64,000 nt of DNA, from assembly GCA_963715865.1 (NCBI GenBank), contig OY970280.1:1728001-1792000 (forward strand). Direction: 5' to 3'. How positions within the stretch are numbered: position 1 is the first letter of the stretch; the number at the start of each line of letters is the position of its first letter. The stretch comes from Candidatus Bathyarchaeota archaeon. Its GTDB lineage: Archaea > Thermoproteota > Bathyarchaeia > Bathyarchaeales > Bathycorpusculaceae. Positions 27,194 to 36,663 of this stretch are shown piece by piece. A program made the position numbers and the translations under genes. Under the pieces are notes generated by a model. It did no database searches, was not told the origin of the DNA, and saw nothing but the letters and a program-made list of their open reading frames with translations.

Positions 27194-28162
27194 TCATAAT
27201 TTTGCCATTAAGTCCTCGAAGTTCTTAATCAAAAAGTCGGGCACCCATTGATACACAGCCAATGGAATTTTTAGATCCTCAGTTATCTGTTTAAATGCTT
27301 CTCTATCAAATGGCGGTTGAAGTAAGTAGCGCTTGACTTGAAAAACTGTACCCTTTGCAGTCCTAACAATTTCATAAATCCTAGGGTGCGATAATCTAGT
27401 TACAAGAACAGGGATTAAGTCTAGGGTTTTACATATATCCAACATTTGATGAACGTCATCTACTCTAGGACACTCTAATCTGTTTTTAATTTGAATTCCA
27501 ATATAGGTATCCTTGGCCTTGGCATAAGCAACATAATCCAAGTCTTTCTTTCTCCCAGGCCTTTCTTCACCCGTTTGATGATATTCCTTTCCGTTAAAGT
27601 AGTGAGAATTCTTAGAGACAACATCATAACCTGCCCTTATCAAGGCATCCTCAACAAGCATCTCAGAATAGTCATCGTAAATAACGCCACGTCTTACATA
27701 TTTTCTAGGGTGAGTTATGTAAATGATCATTAGCTTTTTCTTATATTCAGCGATATCTTTTACATTACTCCATATTACATTTCTTGGAAAAAACCACCGA
27801 TTTTCATTGTAAAATTCCGTGTTCAATTCATTTGCTTCAACAAGTATATCACAAGCGTCATCAACATCCTCATGCCAAAAATAGTCTTCTAAAGCCACTT
27901 GCAATTCTCGCAAATAAACAATTTTCCTTGTTCTAACTGTTCTTAAAATTTCATCTTTAATGCTATCTAGGTTACGAGCCTTTCTGTCGCTTTGTATCCT
28001 TTTTACTTCTGTTTCGGTAAATCGATAACGACCTGTACCCGTACGGTAATAGTTGATTTTTTCATCTTCAATCCAACGATAAATTGTTCTCGTACTTACA
28101 TCTAATATCTTGGCTAATTTGCTTGTTGAGAATTCCTTACCACCATGTAAAGGCTCAGTCAA
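27194..28162 (-). CDS. Excisionase/MerR-like HTH fused to a PD-(D/E)XK nuclease-like domain
   Basis: N-terminus STSKLAKILDVSTRTIYRWIEDEKI...TGRYRF. C-terminus E..VEDAL...DLDYVA-x-GIQIKN. Confidence 0.7.
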   Translation of the reverse strand: MTEPLHGGKEFSTSKLAKILDVSTRTIYRWIEDEKINYYRTGTGRYRFTETEVKRIQSDRKARNLDSIKDEILRTVRTRKIVYLRELQVALEDYFWHEDVDDACDILVEANELNTEFYNENRWFFPRNVIWSNVKDIAEYKKKLMIIYITHPRKYVRRGVIYDDYSEMLVEDALIRAGYDVVSKNSHYFNGKEYHQTGEERPGRKKDLDYVAYAKAKDTYIGIQIKNRLECPRVDDVHQMLDICKTLDLIPVLVTRLSHPRIYEIVRTAKGTVFQVKRYLLQPPFDREAFKQITEDLKIPLAVYQWVPDFLIKNFEDLMAKL

Positions 28163-28306
28163 TTGATATCAAACAACGTTATGCTTGCTAATGGGATAAA
28201 ACATTTACGTTTAAGATTTTTGAAGATAGTCATTTTACAAAAAGGGAAATTGCCTCAGAGGTCACATTGCCGAGAAAGTTTGGGCATTATTGCTTCTCAA
28301 TAGTTG

Positions 28307-28556
28307 TTAGGGGGTTGTGTTGTTTAGGTTTTTTCGGATGTTGTTGATGTTGTCAAGCATTTTCGTTTCCGCACTTTCAGGCGGCAAAGCGTCATTTGAG
28401 CTACTTCCTGTTGGGCTTATTGTTACTTCTAGGATGGTGCCTGTGAGTTTTTTTCTTCTCTTTGCTTGAGGACTTCCATGGTTAGTTTTGGGATTGTTAG
28501 GCGGCCGTCGCTGACCATTTTTGCGAAGAACGCTTCTTCTTGGTAGCCGTGCTGAG
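28307..28556 (-). pseudogene. Frameshifted AbrB/SpoVT-like gene, paralog of 29496-29759
   Basis: FAKMVSDGRLTIPKLTMEVL then LTGTILEVTISP in another frame. The A7 run is one base short. Confidence 0.7.
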
Positions 28557-28591
28557 TCGAAGGGTTTGAGGCTGACTTTTATGAGCACAGA

Positions 28592-29014
28592 CTAGAGGTC
28601 TTTTGCAAAGTCTGCGGGCTCTATTCTTTTTATTCCTTTGATTTTATCGTATATGTGTTCGGTGCTGAGTATTGTTTTGTCTCTAGCTATTGCTGTTGCA
28701 AGGTGATAGGCATCGAAGGGAGAGGTATTGTACTCGCTTATCAACAGTGAGGCAGTTAGACATATCTCAGGAGTTATTGCAATCCACTCGACGTTCCGTA
28801 AGTGCGTGAGAACATTCACGGCTTTAGTGAGCTCACCTAGTAATTGCCTATTGTAAAACCAAAATATGATTTCCTGTATCACAGCGGTTGAAGCATAAAC
28901 ACCTTTTAGCTCACCGCAATCTATTCTCTCCAAGATTTTCTCAGCGGTAAGTTTCAATCGGTCATCTTTCTTTATGACAGCTAATAAAAGGTCCGATTCG
29001 ATTAGAATCCACAA
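28592..29014 (-). CDS. vapC: PIN-domain toxin (VapC)
   Basis: ILIESDLLLA...VIQEI...SPFDAYHLATA...ILSTEH.YDKI. Confidence 0.88.
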   Translation of the reverse strand: MWILIESDLLLAVIKKDDRLKLTAEKILERIDCGELKGVYASTAVIQEIIFWFYNRQLLGELTKAVNVLTHLRNVEWIAITPEICLTASLLISEYNTSPFDAYHLATAIARDKTILSTEHIYDKIKGIKRIEPADFAKDL

Positions 29015-29272
29015 TCACCTTTTTAATTTTCTGTCCACAAGCCTTCGAGCTGTTTCTAAAGCTTCCATCCGCATTTCATGAACGGATTCTTTAACGTCAA
29101 TTTTGAAATCCTTTAATTCCTTAAGTGGATGTTTAGAAACTGGCACCATCGCCACATGGTCGCCTAAGTCAACATAAATGATGCTGTCTCCCTCATCAAT
29201 CCTGTATTTTTTCCTGATTGCTTTGGGGATTGTGGTTTGGCATTGCCTTGTAACCTTGACTTCGTAAGCCAT
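29015..29272 (-). CDS. AbrB/MazE-family antitoxin (VapB)
   Basis: KVTRQCQTTIPKAIRKKYRIDEGD. Directly upstream of the PIN gene. Confidence 0.88.
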   Translation of the reverse strand: MAYEVKVTRQCQTTIPKAIRKKYRIDEGDSIIYVDLGDHVAMVPVSKHPLKELKDFKIDVKESVHEMRMEALETARRLVDRKLKR

Positions 29273-29283
29273 AATAGTGCACC

Positions 29284-29352
29284 TACTAAATTAGTATGCA
29301 AAATACTATAAATTGTTTGCTTCTACTATTATCGACTTCTACTATTATCGAC
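29284..29352. promoter_or_regulatory. TA operator region: palindrome TACTAA-A-TTAGTA and tandem 16-bp repeat TTCTACTATTATCGAC x2
   Basis: Palindrome at 29284-29296. Tandem copies at 29321-29336 and 29337-29352. Confidence 0.6.
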
Positions 29353-29495
29353 CGAGAAATTCGTTAAAAATTCCCGAAATTTCCATAACTGTTCTTATGC
29401 AGAACAAGATTTGTCGTTTTCTGTTTTCTACCAGAACAATTTTCTAGGCAGGTAAGGTCAGACCTGAATTTTTGCAATTCTTCATTCTAAATTTG

Positions 29496-29759
29496 TTAAC
29501 TTGTGTTGCCCAGATTTTTTCGGATATCCTTGATTTTGCCCAACATTTTCGTTTCAGTACTTTCAGCGGGCGAAGCGTCATTGGAGCTTCCTGCTGGGCT
29601 AATTTTCACTTCAAGGATGCAGCCTTCAAGGTTTTTTTCTTCTATTTCTTGCAGGATTTGCATGGTTAGTTTTGGAATTGTTAGGCGGCCGTCGCTGACC
29701 ATTTTTGCAAGGAACTCTTCTTCTGGGTAGCTGTCGAGGTTTGGGTATTGTTTGAACAA
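29496..29759 (-). CDS. AbrB/SpoVT-like swapped-hairpin protein
   Basis: EEFLAKMVSDGRLTIPK...LEG.ILEVKISP. Confidence 0.7.
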   Translation of the reverse strand: MFKQYPNLDSYPEEEFLAKMVSDGRLTIPKLTMQILQEIEEKNLEGCILEVKISPAGSSNDASPAESTETKMLGKIKDIRKNLGNTS

Positions 29760-29880
29760 AGCGTTTTGGGGTTGTTTGAACTAATGTCTATAGGTTCTGC
29801 GGGGGCATCTGTGCGTGCGGAGGCTAAGTGGTCTACTTTTAGCTTGAAATTTTAGCGGCAAAAACCAGTCTTGTAGCCGT

Positions 29881-31149
29881 TTAGGTTTGTTGTTTGAATC
29901 GGAGCATCGCGGCGATGCCGCCAAACGCGTTCTTCAGCATTTGCCCCTCTTCAGTCTCACCAGAAATAATCTCAACATCCGTGTTTGCAAGTTCCGCCAA
30001 CTCTGCCAAGTCATCAACAACATCCTTCTTATCCACTACCGCTAAGGATGGCGCGGTGCATTTTGGGCAAGGTTTCCCGACTAAGCTTTGCTCAAAACTG
30101 GCTACCTCTTGGCTTTTGAGGGTACGTTGTTCCTCGTAGCCGCAAGCGCTGCACTTAACTGTGACACGAACTAAATCCAAGCTCTCGGACATGATGAGCA
30201 AGCGAACTGCACCTGCCTGCAGCAGCCTTCGAACTTCAGCTTCACCATAAGTCATCATTCCAGTGTCATGGCCAACTTCGTAGAGGAATTTTTGCATGAT
30301 TTCTTTTTCTTCGATGTAGCGGACTTTGCGCATTATTTCAGGCGCTTTATCTACCACTTCTTTAACGCCTTGCTCTTCCACGTAAGCTGTGTCGATTGTG
30401 TCGATGATTTTGTTTTTCAACTGGTAATTGAGGTAGTCGCCTTTTTCAAAATCGTATTTTGTCGGGCCAGGTCCACCGACAATTATGCCCTTTAAAGTGT
30501 CGATTGGCAAGAAAGCCTCGTTCGCATGCGCACCAACACGAGTAAAATACTCATTAAGCTGCATATCCCTTAAGCGCTCATATCGCCTAGCTGATTGCCC
30601 ACCAGCACGAGTCTTGCCTGCAACGCCTGAATGCATTTTCCTAACAATCTCAAGTCGTTTACCCTGCAAAGTCGCAATCGTAGCATCTGAAGCATCCACA
30701 AGCAAAATGCCATAAGTTTCTTTTTCCCGCAACATCTCCTGCAGGTGCTCAGTGTGGAAGCGTGAATCACAACGATAAAGGAAAACCCTGATGGGTTCAG
30801 GCGGAATGATGACGTATGATTCCATGCGTTCGGTACCTGGTCCGCCACCTTCCTGCGGAAGGGCACCACAAAAAATCACTATGCCCTTTTCGCCCGGATC
30901 CTTGAAAAGTTTGAGCTTCTGCTGAGCTTTAACGATAGCATCTAGAACGTTTTTCCGTGTAACGTTTGATTTAATGTTGCTGGCGGTTCCATATTCGTCC
31001 CGCAGAAGGTTTAAGGCATCGCTGATTTGTTTGCCCGGCGGAACATAGATGGTGATGAGTTCCGTGTGGCTACCTTCTTTGCTGGCTAGCGAGTTGAGTG
31101 TTTTTCGTAGCCTGAATAGTTCAAGGGACGTTTTTTTCGCTGTACTCAA
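29881..31149 (-). CDS. prf1: Archaeal peptide chain release factor aRF1
   Basis: GTASNIKS, YRCD, AGGQSARR, GPGPTK, and a Zn-ribbon in domain 3. Confidence 0.97.
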   Translation of the reverse strand: MSTAKKTSLELFRLRKTLNSLASKEGSHTELITIYVPPGKQISDALNLLRDEYGTASNIKSNVTRKNVLDAIVKAQQKLKLFKDPGEKGIVIFCGALPQEGGGPGTERMESYVIIPPEPIRVFLYRCDSRFHTEHLQEMLREKETYGILLVDASDATIATLQGKRLEIVRKMHSGVAGKTRAGGQSARRYERLRDMQLNEYFTRVGAHANEAFLPIDTLKGIIVGGPGPTKYDFEKGDYLNYQLKNKIIDTIDTAYVEEQGVKEVVDKAPEIMRKVRYIEEKEIMQKFLYEVGHDTGMMTYGEAEVRRLLQAGAVRLLIMSESLDLVRVTVKCSACGYEEQRTLKSQEVASFEQSLVGKPCPKCTAPSLAVVDKKDVVDDLAELAELANTDVEIISGETEEGQMLKNAFGGIAAMLRFKQQT

Positions 31150-31230
31150 ATAACTTCACTAAATCTATTTAGTTGGATAACTAACGTTAAAAGGAATCAA
31201 ATAAAAGTTCCGTATGAAAAACAAAAGCTG

Positions 31231-32247
31231 TTACGCTTTTTGCTTAACTGGCGGTGCCTGCGCTGGCTCTGGCATTGGTGCACCTATAGCTTCCCTTAGA
31301 TAAGCCTTGAACGGACCAAGCTTGCCGCCGTAGTTGCCCGAGGAAATCTTGACAACACCAGGCACGCCGATTGCCGCTGTAACACCTTCTTTGATGCCCT
31401 TCTTGACCGCGTCCAAAGATAAGCCATTCATGACTATTTCATAAACGCTTGTTACGCCTTCTGGAACAACAGTGTCAGGCACAAGTGTGCGCAACGTTGG
31501 GCAGTACGGATGGTTAGTTGAAGCCTTCAGTTTGTATTTAAGTGAACCAGCTTTGCTTCCTGCACGGCAAACTCCCCCTGGAAACTGCATAATTACGTCG
31601 GGAGCATTTGCGCGGATTGCGTCAGCTGCTGCTTCAGCCGCTTTCAATCCTGATGGCTGATCTTTCGCAAAAATCATAAAGTTGCCGCCTGCAACCGCTT
31701 CCATGGCACCGAAGCCGTTTTCAACTATGAAATTGCCTTCCATAACTGGGATTTTCCAGCATTTTCTTCCTCCAACCATGGCTTTTTTCTGGAAGCCATC
31801 ACCGAAATAGCGTAGGCTGTTGCCAACGTCTAAGGTTCTTTTGCTCTTATCCAAGCCGTTGAAGGCTGCGGTTGTTGGGCAAGTCAAAGTGCATTGACCG
31901 ATACGCTCCATGAGTTGGCGCTTGAGTTCAAAGCGGTCACGATTATAAATTTGAATAAGGATTCCAGGTCGTTTGTCAGGTGTCTGGTCTGCTGGAACAG
32001 TTCGTTCGATTGCTGCTTCTGCAGAGGCTTCAATTACGCTTGTGGCAAAACCTGTAGTTAAACTTGCGGCGATTTGTGCCCACTTCTCGTTTTGAGCAGT
32101 GATTAGAACTCTTCCTGCCCAAAGCCCGAACATTTCTGCAAAGGTATCTTGAACCTTCACGATGTTTCCGCTGGGTGATTTTACGAGGAACATTTTTTCT
32201 TTATCGTCATAGCTTTGGATTTCAAGCGTGTTAGTATTTGATGACAT
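31231..32247 (-). CDS. ftr: Formylmethanofuran-tetrahydromethanopterin formyltransferase
   Basis: DTFAEMF...RVLITA, TGFATSVI, TPD.RPG, VAGGNF, HPYCPT, SSGNYGGKLG. Confidence 0.95.
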   Translation of the reverse strand: MSSNTNTLEIQSYDDKEKMFLVKSPSGNIVKVQDTFAEMFGLWAGRVLITAQNEKWAQIAASLTTGFATSVIEASAEAAIERTVPADQTPDKRPGILIQIYNRDRFELKRQLMERIGQCTLTCPTTAAFNGLDKSKRTLDVGNSLRYFGDGFQKKAMVGGRKCWKIPVMEGNFIVENGFGAMEAVAGGNFMIFAKDQPSGLKAAEAAADAIRANAPDVIMQFPGGVCRAGSKAGSLKYKLKASTNHPYCPTLRTLVPDTVVPEGVTSVYEIVMNGLSLDAVKKGIKEGVTAAIGVPGVVKISSGNYGGKLGPFKAYLREAIGAPMPEPAQAPPVKQKA

Positions 32248-32353
32248 GAAAGGGACCTTGCAGTTCAGTTGGGAATTGTCTAATTTAAGAGTTTTCGTGA
32301 ACGACGAAGGGTTTTCTCGTTTTCAAAGGCTAATTTGAAACTGACTCGTGTTT

Positions 32354-33838
32354 CTATACAGATACATTGGTGTTTTGAATTGATCTTTTTCTGCCCCTAA
32401 AAACTACAGCTGCCATCACGACAATTACTGCGACCAGCACTATGATTACTATATACGGCCAGTCTTGAGCTATGACTTGGGTACCGGTGCCAGCAGGAGT
32501 TTGGGGCGCTGTCGTTGGATTATGCGAAGTGGAAGGCGTTGGGGTTGGTGTTGATGATGGCGTTTGAACAGGTATTTCGGTAGGCGTTGCTGTAGGAGTT
32601 GTTGTGTCTAAAACTGGCGGGTTTGTGGTAGGCATTGCTTGAGGGTTAGATGCAGTTAGGAAAGGAGAGAAGTTGACTTTGCCTAAGTTGAAGTCTTTGT
32701 TGTAATCATAGATTGTCTGGCTGATTGTTTGTGAGTCGGCTGTTCCCCACCAGTTGTATGTGACGTTGACATCGTTGGGAGTGTTTTGTAAATAGATGTT
32801 GTAGTTGGTGTTGTCTTGTATGTTGTTATTTACAATTTGATATTCTTGTGTGGAACCTACAAATTCTATGCCTACGCCATTTTTTGTTATGGTATTGTTT
32901 TGAATGGTTGTGGGCGGTGCAGTTCCATAGGATTCTTGGGTGACTATGCTGTATCTTATGCCAACGCCGTTTTCGGTTATCTGGTTGTCTTGTATTAGTG
33001 GAATGTTGGCGACAAACCAGTCTCGAATAAGTACACTAATGTCGATACCAACGGTGCTGTTTGTGATAAGGTTATTTTCAATTTTTGGGAAGCCTCCACC
33101 ATAAACGTAAGGTGAACCCATAAAGATAGCATCGCCACTATAATCGCTGCCAGAACTTGCAAGTCCACCTGTAATGGTGTTATTTGAAACTAGGCAGTTG
33201 CCGTTAACATTAATCCCGCCTCTTATGAAGTTGTTTGAAGTGACGCCTGTACAGCCCACGTTCCCAGTGATGACATTGTTAAGAATTGTTGCGCTCGTAA
33301 CGCCGCCAACAATGGTATTGCTTGTAATTATTCCGCCGTTGACGTCGCCTTTTATGTTATTGTTTGAAACTATAGTGGAACTGCTAACGGTGAACCCAGT
33401 GTCAATAGTGTCCAAGTTTATTTTCACGGTATTGCTACTGGATAATACTGTTCCCGTAAGAATAGCGTTTTCTATTATGCACCCAGAGCCTGTTTGTTCA
33501 TTCCAACTAACGCTATTAGAATTAAATGTAATTGATCCCCCGTTGAAGCGTATCTGGTCGTCGCTGGTACCTCTTGCCGTCAAGGTGCCATTTACCATTA
33601 TGTAATAGCTGTTTAGGTTCACTGTGACTCCAGGCTCTATAGTTAAGGTAACTCCATTGTTGACCAAAACATTCCCGACAAGATTGTATGGACTATTTGC
33701 TTTAGTCCAAGTGGTATCTGAAGCGATTATGCTACTAACGTTTGTAGCCAAAGCAAGTTGTAAACCACCAACAAAAATCAATCCACTCACTGCCATTGCG
33801 ACCAACAGGACAGCTAAGAGTGCTCTTGCCAATTGCAA
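32354..33838 (-). CDS. Surface protein with right-handed beta-helix (NosD/pectin-lyase-like), Pro/Thr linker and TM anchor
   Basis: Signal peptide, SDTTWT..NSPY, Asn-rich repeats, YNWWG, a PT-rich stretch and a C-terminal TM. Confidence 0.85.
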   Translation of the reverse strand: MQLARALLAVLLVAMAVSGLIFVGGLQLALATNVSSIIASDTTWTKANSPYNLVGNVLVNNGVTLTIEPGVTVNLNSYYIMVNGTLTARGTSDDQIRFNGGSITFNSNSVSWNEQTGSGCIIENAILTGTVLSSSNTVKINLDTIDTGFTVSSSTIVSNNNIKGDVNGGIITSNTIVGGVTSATILNNVITGNVGCTGVTSNNFIRGGINVNGNCLVSNNTITGGLASSGSDYSGDAIFMGSPYVYGGGFPKIENNLITNSTVGIDISVLIRDWFVANIPLIQDNQITENGVGIRYSIVTQESYGTAPPTTIQNNTITKNGVGIEFVGSTQEYQIVNNNIQDNTNYNIYLQNTPNDVNVTYNWWGTADSQTISQTIYDYNKDFNLGKVNFSPFLTASNPQAMPTTNPPVLDTTTPTATPTEIPVQTPSSTPTPTPSTSHNPTTAPQTPAGTGTQVIAQDWPYIVIIVLVAVIVVMAAVVFRGRKRSIQNTNVSV

Positions 33839-33932
33839 TTCCTCAGTAGTCTCTCTCTTACTTGCACTTTTAAATTTGTGCTTTTTGGAAGCTGAGCTTG
33901 TAAAAAACGCATTAGCTTTGAAAGGTTGCTAG

Positions 33933-34655
33933 TTAATTCATTTTTGGCGATTGTCCTTGTACTTTGATTATTTGGGGGATTTTGCCTGCGGTGCCCACTT
34001 GACCTTTATAGATTATTAACACGCCTTCCACGCCTTCAACAGATAATCCTTTTCTGATTCCGGCTTTAATCGCGGCTTGGGCGTCTTCGCCTTTAACTAC
34101 ATTACCTACGGCTGTGGCTGCTGCATCGGCTAAGGCGGCGTTTTTGCAGAAAACTGTTGCTGCCTCCGCGTCACCAAAACTCAATGCGTGGCTAAATCGC
34201 CCTGAACTTGTGGCGACGCCGATTGGAAATTCTGCGAGCCGAAACCCGAACCGCTTCGATAAAGGCTCGTCTCCAGCAGCAACCGCCACATCAACAGGCG
34301 TGTTTGATACTGCTGAGATTTCTCCGCCGTCCTCCACAACAGCCACTTCACAGCCTTCACGAGTCATATCGCTTACCACTAGATCAGCTATGACGCCTGC
34401 TACGGCTGCCATGGGTCCAACACCTGCTTTTTCAGCAGCTTGAGCCATCAATTTAGCCACAAGAGGCTTTTCTGGCGCAGGGATTGGCTTTAGCGTGTAC
34501 AAGAACTTGGGGTTTGCTCTTATGTAAATTTCAAGTTCTCGCCTGTTGCGTTTAATTGATTCGATAGCGGTTTGGATGGCTTGCTGCTTATCAGAAATTA
34601 TAGTGCATTGCGTTTCTTTTAGGGTGAAGTTTTCTTTGAAAAGGTTCCTTGTCAA
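33933..34655 (-). CDS. UPF0280 / ApbE-superfamily protein
   Basis: GVGPMAAVAG, EDGGEI, GVATSSG.FSHALSFG.A.AATV...A.ADAAATA.GN. Confidence 0.9.
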   Translation of the reverse strand: MTRNLFKENFTLKETQCTIISDKQQAIQTAIESIKRNRRELEIYIRANPKFLYTLKPIPAPEKPLVAKLMAQAAEKAGVGPMAAVAGVIADLVVSDMTREGCEVAVVEDGGEISAVSNTPVDVAVAAGDEPLSKRFGFRLAEFPIGVATSSGRFSHALSFGDAEAATVFCKNAALADAAATAVGNVVKGEDAQAAIKAGIRKGLSVEGVEGVLIIYKGQVGTAGKIPQIIKVQGQSPKMN

Positions 34656-34658
34656 CTT

Positions 34659-35087
34659 TTACTTTTTCCTGTTATTCGCTGACTCATTGTTAGGTTGCTT
34701 GACTGATTTTATGGCTCTGGCTGGGCACGCGTCAACGCAGATGCTGCAGGTGCTGCCAACGCATTTTTCCTTATCAAACTGGACTGATGAATCCTTATCG
34801 ATGCTTATGGCTTCAACAGGGCAAAGAGCCACACAGGAGCCACAGCTAAAACATTTTTCTGTGTCAACTTCGATTAGTTTTGGTACAGTAACTGTGACGC
34901 CTCTTTTTCGGAAGGCTTTTATTATTTTTTCCTGTGCCTCGTCTGGGACTTCAGCAAGTATTTCGCCGCCTTTAGAGTTTATGTGGGCTGCTAAAATGGC
35001 GATTGGCACTTTATATTCGAGAACTATTTGGGAAGTTATCGGTTGTGGTACTTGTTCTTCAGAGAACCTTAAGAGAACTCTTACCAT
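34659..35087 (-). CDS. NIL-domain 4Fe-4S ferredoxin (homocysteine biosynthesis partner)
   Basis: N-terminal NIL domain plus CFSCGSCVALCP and C..C..CVDACP. Confidence 0.88.
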   Translation of the reverse strand: MVRVLLRFSEEQVPQPITSQIVLEYKVPIAILAAHINSKGGEILAEVPDEAQEKIIKAFRKRGVTVTVPKLIEVDTEKCFSCGSCVALCPVEAISIDKDSSVQFDKEKCVGSTCSICVDACPARAIKSVKQPNNESANNRKK

Positions 35088-35090
35088 GTT

Positions 35091-36593
35091 TTACCGTCCT
35101 AACAGTTTAGACACATCTTCAGAGGTGACTATTCCCAGCACTTTCTTTTCAATATCAATCACAGGTAGTGCTGAAATGTTATGCTGCGCCATCCGTTTAG
35201 AAGCAACCTCCAGCGGCTCATCAGGTTTAGCAGTGATCACGTTACGTGATTCTATGTCTGCTAACGCTTTTTTGCCTTCAGCCATAGCCCGAGTGATATC
35301 CCACGAAGTAACTATTCCCCGCAACTTCCCAGCGCCATCAACCACGACTATGTGATTAACCGATTTGGTGACAATTCGCTCTGCAATGGCGCGTATTTCC
35401 TCATTCTCGGTGCATGTGACCGCTGGATGCATAACGCTGACGACGAACGGTATTTCCCCAGTCTGCCTCATAGGTTTAAACACGCTGTCACTTGGCAACC
35501 GCTCGATAGGCAAAGTTAAGAAAAACGTGCCTTCCTCAATCCAAGACTTCAGTGTCTTAGAAACTTTCTTAGCCATCTTTAGGCTAGACAGGGAACTAAC
35601 CCTGACTTTCTTATCATCGATCATTATCGAGCCAGACTTCAACTCTTTATAACTAACTTGCCGTAGCTTCGGGCGGTCTCTTCGCGGTACGCTGTAATCA
35701 ACCACATCGGTGAAAATTTCACTGTCACGAATCGCTGTCTTCTTAGCCAAGCCCTCATTCAAGATTGGAATAGGAACCCCTAAACCCACATAGAGCGATG
35801 TGCCATAACGCGTGAAAGTAGCGCCCTGCAAGAACTCAGGCGACATCTTCTTCGCGTCGCCCTTAACCATCAATGTGCCGTTCAAGTTTTTGGGGCTATG
35901 CTGCGTTCCCTCACCAATAACGTAGCCTTGCGCTCCGCCAAGGAAAATGCGAGTACCCATGCCAATCGTTTCGTAATCTGGGTCATTCATGAGCGGGTTT
36001 AATTCGCCTGCACCAGAAAACGTAGCGTTTCGCAGTCTAGGCAAAAGTTTGCTCATGTAAGTGTAAATGGTTTCCTCACTGCTGTTCACTGCGCAGTTGT
36101 AGCGTTGGTAGCAGTTGCGGAAATTAAGCAGGTAAAACTGGTTTAAATCGTCCTTTGTCAAAGTTGTTTTAAGCTGAGTTCTCGGGTAACAGTCAGTTCC
36201 ATAAGCTGTGGCACGGAGCTCAACCTCTTTTCCAGCTACAAGGTCTTGGATAACATGTCCGCCGCCATACTCGAAAGGCTGCTTCTCTGACATGTTGGTG
36301 GCACCAATAAACAAGTCAACAGCTGCACCTGGATGGCAAACTTCAACATCATTAATCCAAGCATGGTCAATCTTTATTGGCGGGTCAGAATGACCAAGAT
36401 TAATAACTGCACCTGAGGAACACATGGCTCCAAAAGTGCCTGTTGTAACCACATCAACCTCTTTAAACGCGACTTCAACGCCGCTGCTTTCAACTAGTTT
36501 TTTCATTTCCTCAGCGGCTAAAACTTGAACGTCGCCCTTGCGGATTTTCTCATTAATCTCTTCCACTGTACGAGTTTTACCCTGTTTGGACAA
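35091..36593 (-). CDS. Homocysteine biosynthesis protein (L-aspartate semialdehyde sulfurtransferase, DUF39 plus CBS pair)
   Basis: RTVEEINEKI, VDVVTTGTFGAMCSSGA, YGGGHVI.DL, YGTDCYPR, ELNPLMNDP, GTRIFLGG, plus C-terminal CBS domains. Confidence 0.92.
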   Translation of the reverse strand: MSKQGKTRTVEEINEKIRKGDVQVLAAEEMKKLVESSGVEVAFKEVDVVTTGTFGAMCSSGAVINLGHSDPPIKIDHAWINDVEVCHPGAAVDLFIGATNMSEKQPFEYGGGHVIQDLVAGKEVELRATAYGTDCYPRTQLKTTLTKDDLNQFYLLNFRNCYQRYNCAVNSSEETIYTYMSKLLPRLRNATFSGAGELNPLMNDPDYETIGMGTRIFLGGAQGYVIGEGTQHSPKNLNGTLMVKGDAKKMSPEFLQGATFTRYGTSLYVGLGVPIPILNEGLAKKTAIRDSEIFTDVVDYSVPRRDRPKLRQVSYKELKSGSIMIDDKKVRVSSLSSLKMAKKVSKTLKSWIEEGTFFLTLPIERLPSDSVFKPMRQTGEIPFVVSVMHPAVTCTENEEIRAIAERIVTKSVNHIVVVDGAGKLRGIVTSWDITRAMAEGKKALADIESRNVITAKPDEPLEVASKRMAQHNISALPVIDIEKKVLGIVTSEDVSKLLGR

Positions 36594-36663
36594 TTAGCCT
36601 TACCTTAATGCCAATCGAAAAGGCATCGCACGTTAATATTTTTTGCGCAACTATTCAATCGGT

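Noticed and set aside
27990-28162. IS607 TnpA transposase interpretation of the HTH protein
   Set aside because: The HTH is similar, but no serine-recombinase catalytic domain or tnpB follows. The C-terminus is nuclease-like.
29321-29352. 16-bp tandem repeat as a mini-CRISPR
   Set aside because: Two adjacent copies with no spacer. Better explained as slippage duplication or an operator.
32480-32650. Pro/Thr-rich repeats in the beta-helix surface protein as a novel repeat
   Set aside because: Ordinary low-complexity linker preceding a TM anchor.
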